Shown: piece by piece, positions 48,335 through 58,899 of the stretch | Position numbering within the stretch: the stretch's first letter is position 1 | How the letters are laid out: every line of letters starts with the position of its first letter | Assembly: GCA_013239625.1 (NCBI GenBank) | Contig: MU053472.1 | Span: 3,011,822 to 3,075,821, forward strand | Origin: Lama guanicoe | Lineage: Eukaryota | Length of the DNA: 64,000 bases | Direction of reading: 5' to 3' | Translations under genes and position numbers: made by a program | Notes under the pieces: generated by a model | What the model was told of the DNA's origin: nothing | What the model saw: the letters and a program-made list of their open reading frames with translations, nothing else | The model's database searches: none

Positions 48335-48547
48335 TTAGATATTGGCAAACCATGGCCCATGGGCCAAATCTGAAGTACTGCCTGTTGGGAACAAAGTTTT
48401 TCTGGAACACAGCCATACCTATTTGTTTATATACTGTTTAAGGCTGCTTTGCGACTGCAGCCAGCAGAGCTAAGTAGTTGTGATGGATATTTTACAGCCC
48501 ACAAAGCCTAAAATATTTACTCTCTGGCCCTTTACAGAAAAAGCTTT
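48335..48547. mobile_element. MER58A-like hAT-Charlie element
   Basis: GGCAAACCATGGCCCATGGGCCAAATC...GGAACACAGCCAT...AAAGCCTAAAATATTTACTCTCTGGCCCTTTACAGAAAAAG. Confidence 0.88.
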
Positions 48548-48804
48548 ATTTATCATTACTTAGCACATATTAGGTGCTCAATAAATGCTCCTTGATTTTC
48601 TGAATGACCCATTCAAGGCTTTCCAGCTGGATATAAAAAAAAGTGAACAAATTAATACACCTAAGCACAAAGCAGTCTGTGCTTCCCCAACTTATCTGGT
48701 ATTTGCTTGTTTGATTGCAGTTTGTTACTGTTGACAGAAGACTACATGCTTCGCAAGGATCACTTAAATGCTTTGAGATTCCAGAATGCAAATTGCTCTG
48801 GATC

Positions 48805-49180
48805 CAAGTTTTCAAAGAGTTGGCCTTTGGGCTAAATATGTCTCATTGACATGTTTTATTTGGCCCATACAAGGCTGCTGTTGTTTGTTTTCAAAGCAGC
48901 ATTAACTGCCAACATTTAAAAATAAGGAGACTTCTCATAATAATGCAAATCTCCAGCTTCTTTTGAAAATTTGAACGATCAAGCAATGTGGGTACACAAT
49001 TTGGTTAGGGTCATAACCACCTGGGGCTTAAGTAGTTTTTGCCTCCTTTGATGGGGAAAGTGCCCTCCAATTCACCACAGTCCCCACTACTCCTCACAGT
49101 CTTACCCCAGGCTGCCCCCATCCAGGTACCTTATCGGCCTGGTCCTTCTGTAGACATCTGCATTTAGCATCCTTACTCTA
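48805..49180. mobile_element. MER102-like hAT-Charlie element
   Basis: TGTTTTATTTGGCCC...CCAACATTTAAAAATAAGGAGA...CCAGCTTCTTTTGAAAA...TTCACCACAGTCCCCAC. Confidence 0.8.
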
Positions 49181-49755
49181 GAGGACTATCGTTTGCTACA
49201 AAGGCCCCTGAACTACAACACTTTCTATACCTTTGCTTCCTTTTCCTGGCTTGAAAACAGACCGGCACATCTGAAAGCAAAACAGGAAAGAGCAACAATG
49301 CTATGAGGACCGTTACCTTCATTCCAACTAGAAGGCAACTTCATCCTCCCGCCCCCTCTTTCCTTTTTCAGACAAGCCTGAGGATTCAGCCTGCTTTCCT
49401 TGCTGCTATTCCGCTCCCTCCACCCACTCCATCTCCTGGAGTTGTTGACTTCAAACCCTGGAGTGCAGTCTCCCCAGTTCCCCGCTGCCCTTGAAAACAA
49501 ACACCGTGGCCCTTCTTGTTTTTAGAGCTGCACTGCTAATCATTAACAAATAAGGAGGAAATTACAAAGTTAAAAAAAAATCATACAGTTCTTGCAGTCA
49601 CAGTCCCTGATTCCCTTAATGAGGCAGCACCTGGAAGGAAGTCCCCTATTATTACTGTCTCCTGTTAGGGTCTCATAGCTGGTGGATTATGTATAAAGGA
49701 CCCAAAGCTTCTACAAGATCCTAACGGCGCTGAAGAATCGACTTGACAGCGCAGG

Positions 49756-49773
49756 AACCATTAGGTGGCAGTA
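49756..49773 (+). promoter_or_regulatory. candidate CTCF site
   Basis: CCATTAGGTGGCAG, one mismatch from CCASYAGRKGGCRS. Confidence 0.35.
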
Positions 49774-50682
49774 CAGGGCATATCTTTTCCAGTCTTTCTC
49801 CAACCGGGCAGGCGGATGTGAGGCACCCAACTGTCTAGGAAGGGATAACTTAGCGCCAGCTCAGGGCAAGCATTTGGGCTGAGACCAGGCAGAGGATAAG
49901 AGCCAAAAGGCTCCCAGCTGCATTGTGCCCTCAAGAAGCCAGGTGTGGAATTCTTGTCTCCTCTGTGCCTTTCCCTGATGTGTCGATTAGAATCAGTCTT
50001 GAAGGACTGATAGAACCTTCCAGTCCAACATCTTGATTTCATGACAAATAAACCTCCGAGGCCTGGAGAGATCTGACTTGGCCTCTGTTGTCGCCATGCC
50101 ATGGGCCCAGTCAGCTGTCTTGGCAGGTTCACTGGTGCCAGCTTATCCTTCTGGCCTGTCCCTCTGGTTAAAAAGCATTTATTGAGGTCTGCTAAGAATA
50201 AAGACTAATTTTCCTAGCCTCAAAGGTGAAATGGAGAAGTGCCTCCCTGCCTCTAATACAGCAGGACTGTATGTAGGAAACCGAGACTTAACTGGCTGCA
50301 GGAAAACACAGGTTAAACCTTACTTTGCTTCTACCAACCTAACCCACCGGGAAGAGAAGTGAGGGCCCCTATTCCAGAAGGGGAGTTACAGCTCTCAGCA
50401 GGCCAGCGTGCGCCCCCTTTTGGGGACTGGCCAGTATTGTTGTGGCTCTGATCACGAGTGGCCTAGCATGGCCTGGCTGGGCCACACACAGCCACGTAAA
50501 TCACCAGTCCTCTTGATTTACATTACCAAAACCACCCGTATTCCTAGAAGTTAAACACAAATCCAAACTGCCCTCTAACAAAATCATGTCCCCAGGCTTC
50601 AGTTGGTTTACAGGAGAGTCTAGTGACCCAAAGGTTACCTTGCTGCGAGGCAGCATTAGCTTGAAGGGGTCAGGCCTCAGAA

Positions 50683-50699
50683 GGGGAATTTTCCCGGAA
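50683..50699. promoter_or_regulatory. overlapping NF-kB-like and STAT GAS motifs
   Basis: GGGGAATTTTCCCGGAA contains GGGAATTTTCCC and TTCCCGGAA. Confidence 0.3.
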
Positions 50700-50759
50700 C
50701 TGCTATCAATGTGAAGTCTTACCTGTTTCTGTTGAAAGCACCATGCTGGGTGTTACAGG

Positions 50760-50925
50760 GCCTCGCCTCTTCAAATGCGGTCTTTCAACCCATGGCAACA
50801 TCTGGAAGCTGGTTAAAAATGGAGAATCTCTTGCCCAGCCCGTTCCTGCTGAATCAGCATTTCCGTTTCAGCAAGATTTCCCTGTTGGTTCCCTTGTGTG
50901 TTCAAGTTTGAGAAGCGCTGCTTTA
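50760..50925. mobile_element. MER5A-like hAT element
   Basis: ATCTGGAAGCTGGTTAAAAATG...CTGCTGAATCAG...AAGTTTGAGAAGCGCTGCTTTAG. Confidence 0.75.
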
Positions 50926-51886
50926 GGACACCTGGGAGAAAAGGTCAAACCGACAACAAAGAGACAGTCCCGACCTCAAAGGGGCTTATAGATTGCTTTA
51001 AGAGCTCAAACCACACGTATGAAAAATGTCCTGAAAATGACCATTAAGAAACGTATATTATTAGTGCCATGTGGGCTGCCCTAGGACAACATAGGACACA
51101 CATTTTGAGAGGGTGCAAAAGAGTGATTACAGTGAAGAGGGGTCAGCTGCGCCGTCTTCCTGGGCGGGGGTGGTGAGATTTTGAGAAGTATGGACGACTG
51201 ATCAGTAGGCAAACTGTAAATTCTAGGCAGTGGCCTACCGATTATTATCCTATGCATGCGTCCAGACTTCCGCTGGATCTTTCCAGCATGGGACACGTTA
51301 CTGTGGCTGCACACACATAGAACCTCACGTTAAGTATTTTGGTTTAATCAGTGGTTCTCATGGAAATTCTTCAAATGTGCTCACCAAACATGCAAACTGT
51401 TCTTTCTTTGCATTCAAAAAGGCAAGTCCTCACCCCTTTCTTGTGTAGTTTCTAGCTTTTCTTTCGTAATTCGGTAAAAGGCAATTCCTTACAGGTAGCG
51501 CTCTCCTGTATTGCTAGAGCCTGTCAAACACGGGGCAAATCTCTGTAAAGCTCTTAATCAGATCTCAGAAATGATTAGCCCAAGTGCGTTTTCGGTTTCT
51601 AGATAAAGTTCATCATTCTCGAAGGTCAGGAATTAACATGAAAATGGGGAACTTAGTAGTTCCCCCATGTTTATGTCTAGATTTAGTTTACAAAGCAAAA
51701 GTGATTGCACAGAAGAAATCCAGAGTTCCAGTGTTTATTTTCCAAATGAGCTGGTGTGAGCTTAACCCTCTGCTCTTCACACTGGTAACCCAGAGTTGTT
51801 CCCGGGATGAAAGAGCGGGGATGAAACGTAGAGTGTGAGAGCGCCCCCACTGGATGCCAGTGGGAAAGCGCATAAGGAGAGCCAGA

Positions 51887-51915
51887 CCCCTACCCCTACC
51901 CCTACCCCTACCCCC
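51887..51915 (-). repeat. (TAGGGG)n tract, potential G-quadruplex
   Basis: (CCCCTA)x4 plus CCCCC on the + strand. Confidence 0.85.
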
Positions 51916-52624
51916 ACCCACCTGCTTCCTGAAGCAGCACAAGTAAACCGGAGTGTCCAGAAGAGAAATATTACTATGTGGAGATAATACCCTTTAAATA
52001 ATCCTTCAGAATAGTCCCACCGTAAGCTCAAGGACTCTTCTCCTTATCTGAGCCCTGTTGCAGGTCACTGAAATCAGGATGGAGCCCTGAGTTTGTCCGG
52101 GTGGATGTCTGCCCCTTGGCTACAGGGCTGCAAATTCCTCTGCCCAGCAACACTCTGGCAGGGATGGCCTCGACTGCCCAGAGTAGCTGACTGTTCATCT
52201 CTGTCAGAGCTTATTAGCAAGCAGCTTGTCACCAGTGGCCCAGCACACCCAGGAAAAAATGGTTCCTGTGTCCACAGAGATAATCCAGGTTGATAGGAAT
52301 AGCAACAGAGAAGAGAATGGCGTTGCCAAATCAATACTTGAGCTTTGCAAATTAACGTCTTGGCTCTGGCTCTCAGTTTATATTCAGCAGGCCCTTGCTC
52401 CCAGACAGAGATGCTAAATGGAACAGACATTTCTCTCCAAACAACAGCAAATTCCGTTTTCTTAATGAGGAGTCAACTAGAGGCTTGACATACTAAAGAA
52501 AATTCATTTAGAACACCCATTAACAGTGAATTTTATCATGTTCCTTGTGGCACGCCATTTGGAGATGGTGTGGATAAGCTGGGAGAGGGGAGCTGCTGCC
52601 TGGCACAAATGGTGACTGTAAGAA

Positions 52625-53252
52625 TGAATCTTTCTACACCCACGTTCATAGTAGCGTTATTCACAGTAACAGGGAAGAAACCTAAGAGTCCACTGATGGA
52701 TAAAACAAATTTGCTATCCACATACAATGAAATTTGGTAAACCAAATGTTCTAGCTACATACAATGGAATATTACTCAGCCTTAAAAAGGAAGGGAATTC
52801 CGATATAAGCTACAACATGGATGAACTTTGAAGACGTTATGCTAAGTGAAATAAGCCAGTCACAAAAGCACAAATACTGTATGATTCCACTCATATGAAG
52901 TACCTAGAATCATTTAGTTCATAGAGACAGCAAATAGAATGGTGGTCATCAAGGGACGTTATGAGGGGGCGATGGGTGTTATTGTTTAGTGGGTACAGAG
53001 TTTCAGCTTGGGAAGATGAAAAAGCTTTGGAGATAAATGGTGGTGATGGTTGCACAGTAATGTGAATGTATTTATTGCTAATGAATTGTACACTTAAAAA
53101 TCATTAAGATGGTAACTTTAGGGGAGGGTATAGCTCAGTGGTAGAGTACATGCTTAGCATGCATGAGGTCCTGGGTTCAATCCCCAGTACCTCTGTTTAA
53201 AAAAAAGCCCTATAAGATGGTAGCTTTATGTTATGTATATTTTGCCACAATT
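52625..53252 (+). mobile_element. L1 3' end (L1MB-like), interrupted by a SINE
   Basis: ACACCCACGTTCATAGTAGC...ACAATGGAATATTACTCAGCC...GCTAAGTGAAATAAGCCAGTCACAAAA...TATATTTTGCCACAAT. Confidence 0.9.
53121..53212 (+). mobile_element. tRNA-derived SINE (Vic-1-like), short form
   Basis: Near-consensus head; TSD TAAGATGGTA(A/G)CTTTA at 53105-53120 and 53213-53228. Confidence 0.95.
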
Positions 53253-53534
53253 TTGGGGGTGGTGGGTGGATGCATGGAGTGAATTTTTCACCCATCAGCC
53301 AGAGAGCAACCCCTTCATCTAAAGGGATCTCAACCTCATTGGCTCCAAGGGGATTTCTTGGAAATGTTGAGTAGAGTACAAATGGTTTCACCCCTGATTG
53401 AGTTTACTCTTGGACAGAAATCATAATCACAGAGGTTACAAATCGACTACATATCAATGGGCCATGCATTACAACGTAGATTGTAACATGGTGACAAGCC
53501 TTACCAGCTAAGCAGTTTTCTTATTTTGTAAATC

Positions 53535-53700
53535 GGGGCTTTTCAGACTTGAATGTGCACAGGAATCACCTGAGCATCTTGTTAATGATGCAGATTCTGT
53601 TTCAGGTTTGGGGTAGAGCTTGAGATTCTGTTTGTCAATCCAGCTACCAGGTGATGCTGATTCTGCTGGACCAGGGGCCTCACTTGAAGCAGCAAGAGTA
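53535..53700. mobile_element. MER5A-like hAT element
   Basis: GAATCACCTGAGCATCTTGTTAATGATGCAGATTCTG...CCAGGTGATGCTGATTCTGCTGG. Confidence 0.8.
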
Positions 53701-54063
53701 TAGTCCTCTCTCCAGTTAAGAGACCTCCACAACTTGGAGGTTAACAGCCCCTCTGTTAAAACCAAACACAGGCATCTCCAGATTTGAGTGGAAGGAGAAT
53801 CTCTAGGTGATAGGAATTCTTTCTGAGATCCTCATAATTTTGTTTGCCAACAAAGTTCTGGTCTCAGGGATCTACAACTCCTTTTTCTCTAGCCCAAGCA
53901 TAGGCAAACCATAAATAAATCCCTTGCCCTTTAGGTATAGGCCAGATCAGCTGCAATTTCCAAAAGCATGCTTTTGAGAAGGAGGGAAGGAAGAAAAGGA
54001 GAAAGGGAGGAAGAAAAATGTCAAAAGCAAAAGACTTCCTTTGAAGTCCTCTATAAGAATCAA

Positions 54064-54094
<31 letters not shown>

Positions 54095-54369
54095 CCCTTC
54101 AGTAGCCCTCCATTACTTGCAGGCTAAAAGCTTAGACTCCACAGAAGGGCTTATACCCCTTGTCCACCTCTCCCAGCTCATCGCTTGCCTTTCCCTTCCA
54201 TGTGCTCCAAGTCTGTTCATTGCTGGCTTCTTGATCTGCCACCTCTCCTCCTCCTTGTACCACCTTGGCCAGGTGTTGGCTCTTCTGGAAAGACTTCTCT
54301 AACCATGTTGCCACTCTCATTTCCTACCTTCTGCATTGGGTTGTCCTTGTCTGTCTTCAACTGCATAAA

Positions 54370-54550
54370 GTGCTTACCTCTTATCATAGCGCTTCACAGT
54401 ATATTTGAAATGTATTCCCTTGTCGATGTCCCCACACCCACCTCCACTGGACGGTGAGCTCTTTGAGGGATGGGAAGATGTCTTTTGTCCCTAGCACAGT
54501 GTCTAGAACATATGAGGTGCTCAGACAATGTTTGTTGAAAGACTGAGCAA
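54370..54550 (+). mobile_element. L2 3' end
   Basis: GTGAGCTCTTTGAGGG...CCTAGCACAGTGTCTAGAACAT...AATGTTTGTTGAA. Confidence 0.75.
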
Positions 54551-54860
54551 ATGTAAAAGAACTATAACATTGTATGACATTTGAAGAAGTTGCTTAGTTC
54601 CTAAAACACCATGAAGTTTCCCTCGGAATGACTTTGCTAAAGGCCAAACATGTTGACACCAATTTCTGTGTTCCGGCAACTAGAAATGAACTCCCCTATT
54701 CTGATAAATTGTATTTCCCCAGCTTCCTCATTTTATAGTATTAACCCTGTATCTTATCTGCAAAACAAAATGCAAATAAATACACAAGGTGAAACTGTAC
54801 TTTTTAATGAAATTTAGGGGAAGGCTAGAATCTCTGAATGTTAGTATGCTAATTGTCCTC

Positions 54861-55037
54861 TTTTTATTGACATACAGTTGATTTACAATATTATATCAGT
54901 TTCAGGTGTCTAGCATAGCAATTCAACATTTTTATAGATTATATTCCATTTAAAGCTATTACAAAATCATGGCTATATTTCCCTGTGCTGTACAAATATA
55001 TCCTTGTTGCTCATTTATTTTATACACAGTCGTTTGT
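54861..55037 (-). mobile_element. L1 3' UTR fragment (artiodactyl-type)
   Basis: TTTTTATTGACATACAGTTGATTTACAATATT...TTTCAGGTGT...TTTCCCTGTGCTGTACA. Confidence 0.85.
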
Positions 55038-55269
55038 TAGTTGTATGCTTCTTATTGCCCATTTAACCCTAAAATAAGTCTTTAATATTGCAGTGGCTCC
55101 AAATTTGAGGTCTCTGGGCATCTAGCTTTTACTAGCAATTTCCAAATTAGCATGTCTATGTATGTTTCTGTAGATTTTTACATGCATACTACCTGCTTTA
55201 TGCAAAGTACTAGGGCAGGGGTTTTGGGAACTATTAAGCTCCTCATGTCACAAGTTTTGCCCGTTAGTA

Positions 55270-56250
55270 GTCTGGTCTGTGCCAATTAATTCCAGGGCCT
55301 CAGCACCTACCTAAACCCTAGTCAATCTCTAGGCTCAACTCTCCACAGCTTGCCCATCGGAATGTCATGTAGGCATCTTAAGGCCAGCATGTCATTGTCT
55401 TTCCCCCCAAACCTGTTCTATTACCTACTGTGGTTAGTGGAACTCTCATTTCCTCTGATGGACTGGCTACTGATTCTGAACTGAAGCCACTCTTAACTCT
55501 TCCTTTCCCACATCATCTCCCATCAATCAACTATCAAGTCTCATTGGTTGATTTAATCTCTCAATTCTTCCTTGAACCCATTCTGTTCCTTTTTTTCAAC
55601 TATCAAGACCTTATCACTTCATGCCTCCCTGTTAATTTACCTTCCTGTTGATTTACCTGTTGAAATACCTCCCTGTTGATTCTTTGCCTCCAATCCCTCC
55701 CCACTATAACTCTTCCTTCAGACTGCTGCCAGAATGTCTTTCTAAAGCCCAAACTGAACATTGGAACTTCCTTTACTTAAAGTCCTTCAACAAATCCCCT
55801 TTATCTGTGAAATAAAGTCCAAAGCCCATAGCAAGAGCTATGCATGACTTACCTTTTCAACCTCCTCTTCTGACACTCTCCCTACATACCTTAAGATCCC
55901 TTGATACCAAACTATAGACCATTTCCTTGACATACCATGCTGGCTCCTTCAGGGACTTTCCAGATACTCTGGAATTTCAGCCTAGAAAACTCCTGTTTTC
56001 TTTAAGATCCACTCAGATATCATCTCCTTTGTAAAGACCTCACCGCCAAGCACACAGTGCATGCTTCTGTTACAGCACCTCTTGTGTTAAATTTTTTATA
56101 TGCCTCTTCCCCTTCTGGACTGAGGGGACCTGGAATGTAGGGACCACGTCTCACTCTGTTTTGCACCTTGGACTTTGACCCAGTACTTGGTGCATAACAA
56201 GCCTGCCATAAATGTTCAATGAGAGACCGACCAAATAATTGAATGAATAA
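55270..56250 (+). mobile_element. L2 3' portion
   Basis: CTGCTGCCAGAATGTCTTTCTAAA, AATAAAGTCCAAA, TTGGTGCATAACAAG...AAATGTT...TGAATGAAT. Confidence 0.75.
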
Positions 56251-56736
56251 ATAACTGACTGTGATAGGAGTCAGAATACGAACAGTAAGAAAGGTGCAAA
56301 TGAACTGCCGCTGTTGGGTGCTCAGAGGACTGCGTCACATTTTATTTGGAAGACCAAAAAATACTGTAATTGATTGCAGTCTTTCAATTTAACCCTATAT
56401 ATTTGTTTGTCTTAAAGCAAGATTCACTTAAATTCACCCATGGCCCATTTCTTCTCCAACTTCCACCTCCAAATGAAACTAGCTTTACATTCTGTCTCTG
56501 ATACAACAGTAGATCTTTAGTTCATCTTAGGTTTGCCTATAGTAAATTGGTTTCTTATAATAATTTATTGTAAATGGAGATTCCTTCTTTTTTTCCAAAA
56601 AGAATTTAAGTGGCAGCCTCATAACTGAAATTATGTATTCCTATTATAGCTTCTTGTACAGAAAATACCCAATAAATGTTTGTTGAATGAAGAAATAAAG
56701 GATTGCTCTGGCCCCACCAGAACTCTTGAGTTGTCT

Positions 56737-57245
56737 TGTAAGAACTGAGACCTCTTGAGAGAGTCCAAGCTCACACTGCTCATCGCACAACAGGCCAATA
56801 ATTGAGAGAGACGAGTTGCTGGGGCAAGGAGTAGCAACTCAGAAAGCCAGCAGACAGCAAAGATGGTGGACTAGCATCCCGGAGAACCAACTTACCCAAG
56901 TTAGAATTCAGGCTTCTTTTATACTAAAAGGGGAGGGGGTGTGGTTGTTTGTTGCAAATTTCTTGGTATTGGAATCCTTTGTTCTTGCAGCTGTCCACAT
57001 AGATCAGGTCATGGTGCCCCTGTAAATCTCCAACAGGACAAATGCAATTCGCTATTCTGCAACTCCATATCTCTATGTGAAGGGGAAAATGTTATACCTT
57101 TAAAGGTCAGAGCCTGGAGAATGGGCTGTCCTGTATATCTCAGGGTATATCTCAGGCTATGGGCAACTTTCTTAACTTGTAGCAAAAGCAATAGAATGCA
57201 AAGGTTAAAGGAAAGGAAACAGATCTGATACGGAGTCAGATGTGC
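56737..57245 (-). mobile_element. LTR (ERV1-like)
   Basis: GCTCATCGCACAACAGGCCAATAA...GAGACGAG, CTTCTTTTATACTAAAAGGGGAGGGG (TATA-like on the minus strand); right boundary uncertain. Confidence 0.65.
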
Positions 57246-58239
57246 TGGGCACTTAGCTGGGGCACTCTCCCTACCCTGCATGTCTGACTGCATTTCTGCC
57301 CATTTTCAACTCATTTGGGTTGTATATTATTTCATACAGATCTTTGAACTTAGGACACTGAAGGCCTGTATGTCTTCAGGGCTCGTAGCTCCTGTAGTGC
57401 TAATCTGCCCCAGGGTGGTTAATGTTTAACCCCTAAACCACTGGCTGAATGTCCATATATCTGAAAGAATAACAAGCACATGCCAATAAATAGCTCGGGT
57501 TTATTTAGTGACAGGTGCTTCGGGGGCCATCACCTCTGCTACCCTTTTAGCATGCCCCTCAGGCACCTTCTCCTCCTTTCCATAAAGAGAAAAGGGACCA
57601 CAAGGCAGGAGAATTCAACCTGAGGGCAGTTCTTGAGGGGCCAGTTCAAGAATGACTTTCCGAAGGGCCTCTTGTGCCCTGCACAGAATTTCGGATCCAA
57701 ATCTCTGATTCCTAGGCCTGTAATTGACTCACCAGGTAACAATGGGATATCTGTGTTTTCTGCAAGCTGAACTGTTCCCTCAGAGCAGGATTATTTTATT
57801 TATTGTCTTTTCCTTCTGTCATGGACAGTTACAGCTTGCTGCCCCTTCTTCTTTCCCACTAGGTCCCCCCAATTTTTTTTTCTTTTTCTTTTTACACCCA
57901 AGGAGAGGGGGAAGGGCACAAAGCCAGAGGCCCCCCGGAGCCCATCCCCTCCCAAGCTGCCTCCATGAAGGCCCTTGGACCCATTCCAGGCCCCAGGCCC
58001 TTAGGGTGGACTTTCAACCCCCTTGGTGGCCCTGAGAGGCTCCTGAGACCCTCCAGGGGCCCTGACTGCCCCTCACTCTGGCTATGGCAGGGGAGGCGCT
58101 CCGCTCTCAGCTGCCCCATCTCCTGCCAAGTCCTGTGCCCGTAGCTCTCTGCTCCACGTGCCCGCCCTGCCACACAGAAGGCCCCCGAATTTCTGAGCCC
58201 TGTAGGGACTAGGTTTATGCCCATCAGTGTACCCCATGA

Positions 58240-58605
58240 CACTAAGCCGGGTTCCTAAAGGGATGGCCTGTGACTTAAAATGGTCTCATCAGAGCGACCT
58301 CCGGGATTGGCAGGGAATGCTGGGACTTGGACCCTTCTCAGCCTGGTAAATGCTATGTCTTGTTTCTGCTGCAGCCGTAGTGGAAAGTTTGAAGCTGCCA
58401 GGAGAGCGGAGGGGTTGCGTCATGTGGCAACAAAAGAATGAATCCCGCCCGGGGGAAGCAGAGCCAAGCAATGGATCCCTGTTGTCTGAGTCCTGGATCA
58501 AATTGTGCCTGGATCCCCAGTGAGCCAATAAATTTTCTTTATTGCTTAAGCCTGTTTGAGGTTGTTTTATTTCGCTTGGAACATTAACATTTCTAATTGA
58601 TACAC
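58240..58605 (+). mobile_element. MaLR LTR (MLT1-like)
   Basis: GGAAGCAGAGCCAAG...CCTGGATCAA...GTGAGCCAATAAATTTTCTTTATTGCTTAAGCCTGTTTGAG...CTAATTGATACA. Confidence 0.75.
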
Positions 58606-58899
58606 CCTAGTTAGACTATAAACTTTGTGACAGCAGAGAGGGTCCACCTTGATCACCCTTGGCACATAGTAGGCATTCAATAAACAAATTTTGAATGGAA
58701 ACATTTCAGCTGGAAGGAACGCCTTCTATAAACTCCCCTTTACTCATCTGACAACGAAGGAACCTAGAGTTCTGTAGGAAAGTGGTGATGTGGCTCCGGA
58801 AGCCAGGATCTCACCCCAACACAAGGCTGCTTCTAACCTCCAAGGGTCTTTGATGGAGTAAACACGTGAGGGTCTTTGAGGAGGCCACAAAAGCAGTCG

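Noticed and set aside
51887..51915. Interstitial telomeric repeat
   Set aside because: Unit is CCCCTA, not CCCTAA, and has only four copies
53121..53195. tRNA-like sequences (eleven copies) as functional tRNA genes
   Set aside because: They carry A-rich tails, TSDs and scattered mutations; they are SINEs
54062..54092. Long A-runs (also 26691 T-run and 62013) as retroinsertions
   Set aside because: No flanking TSD found
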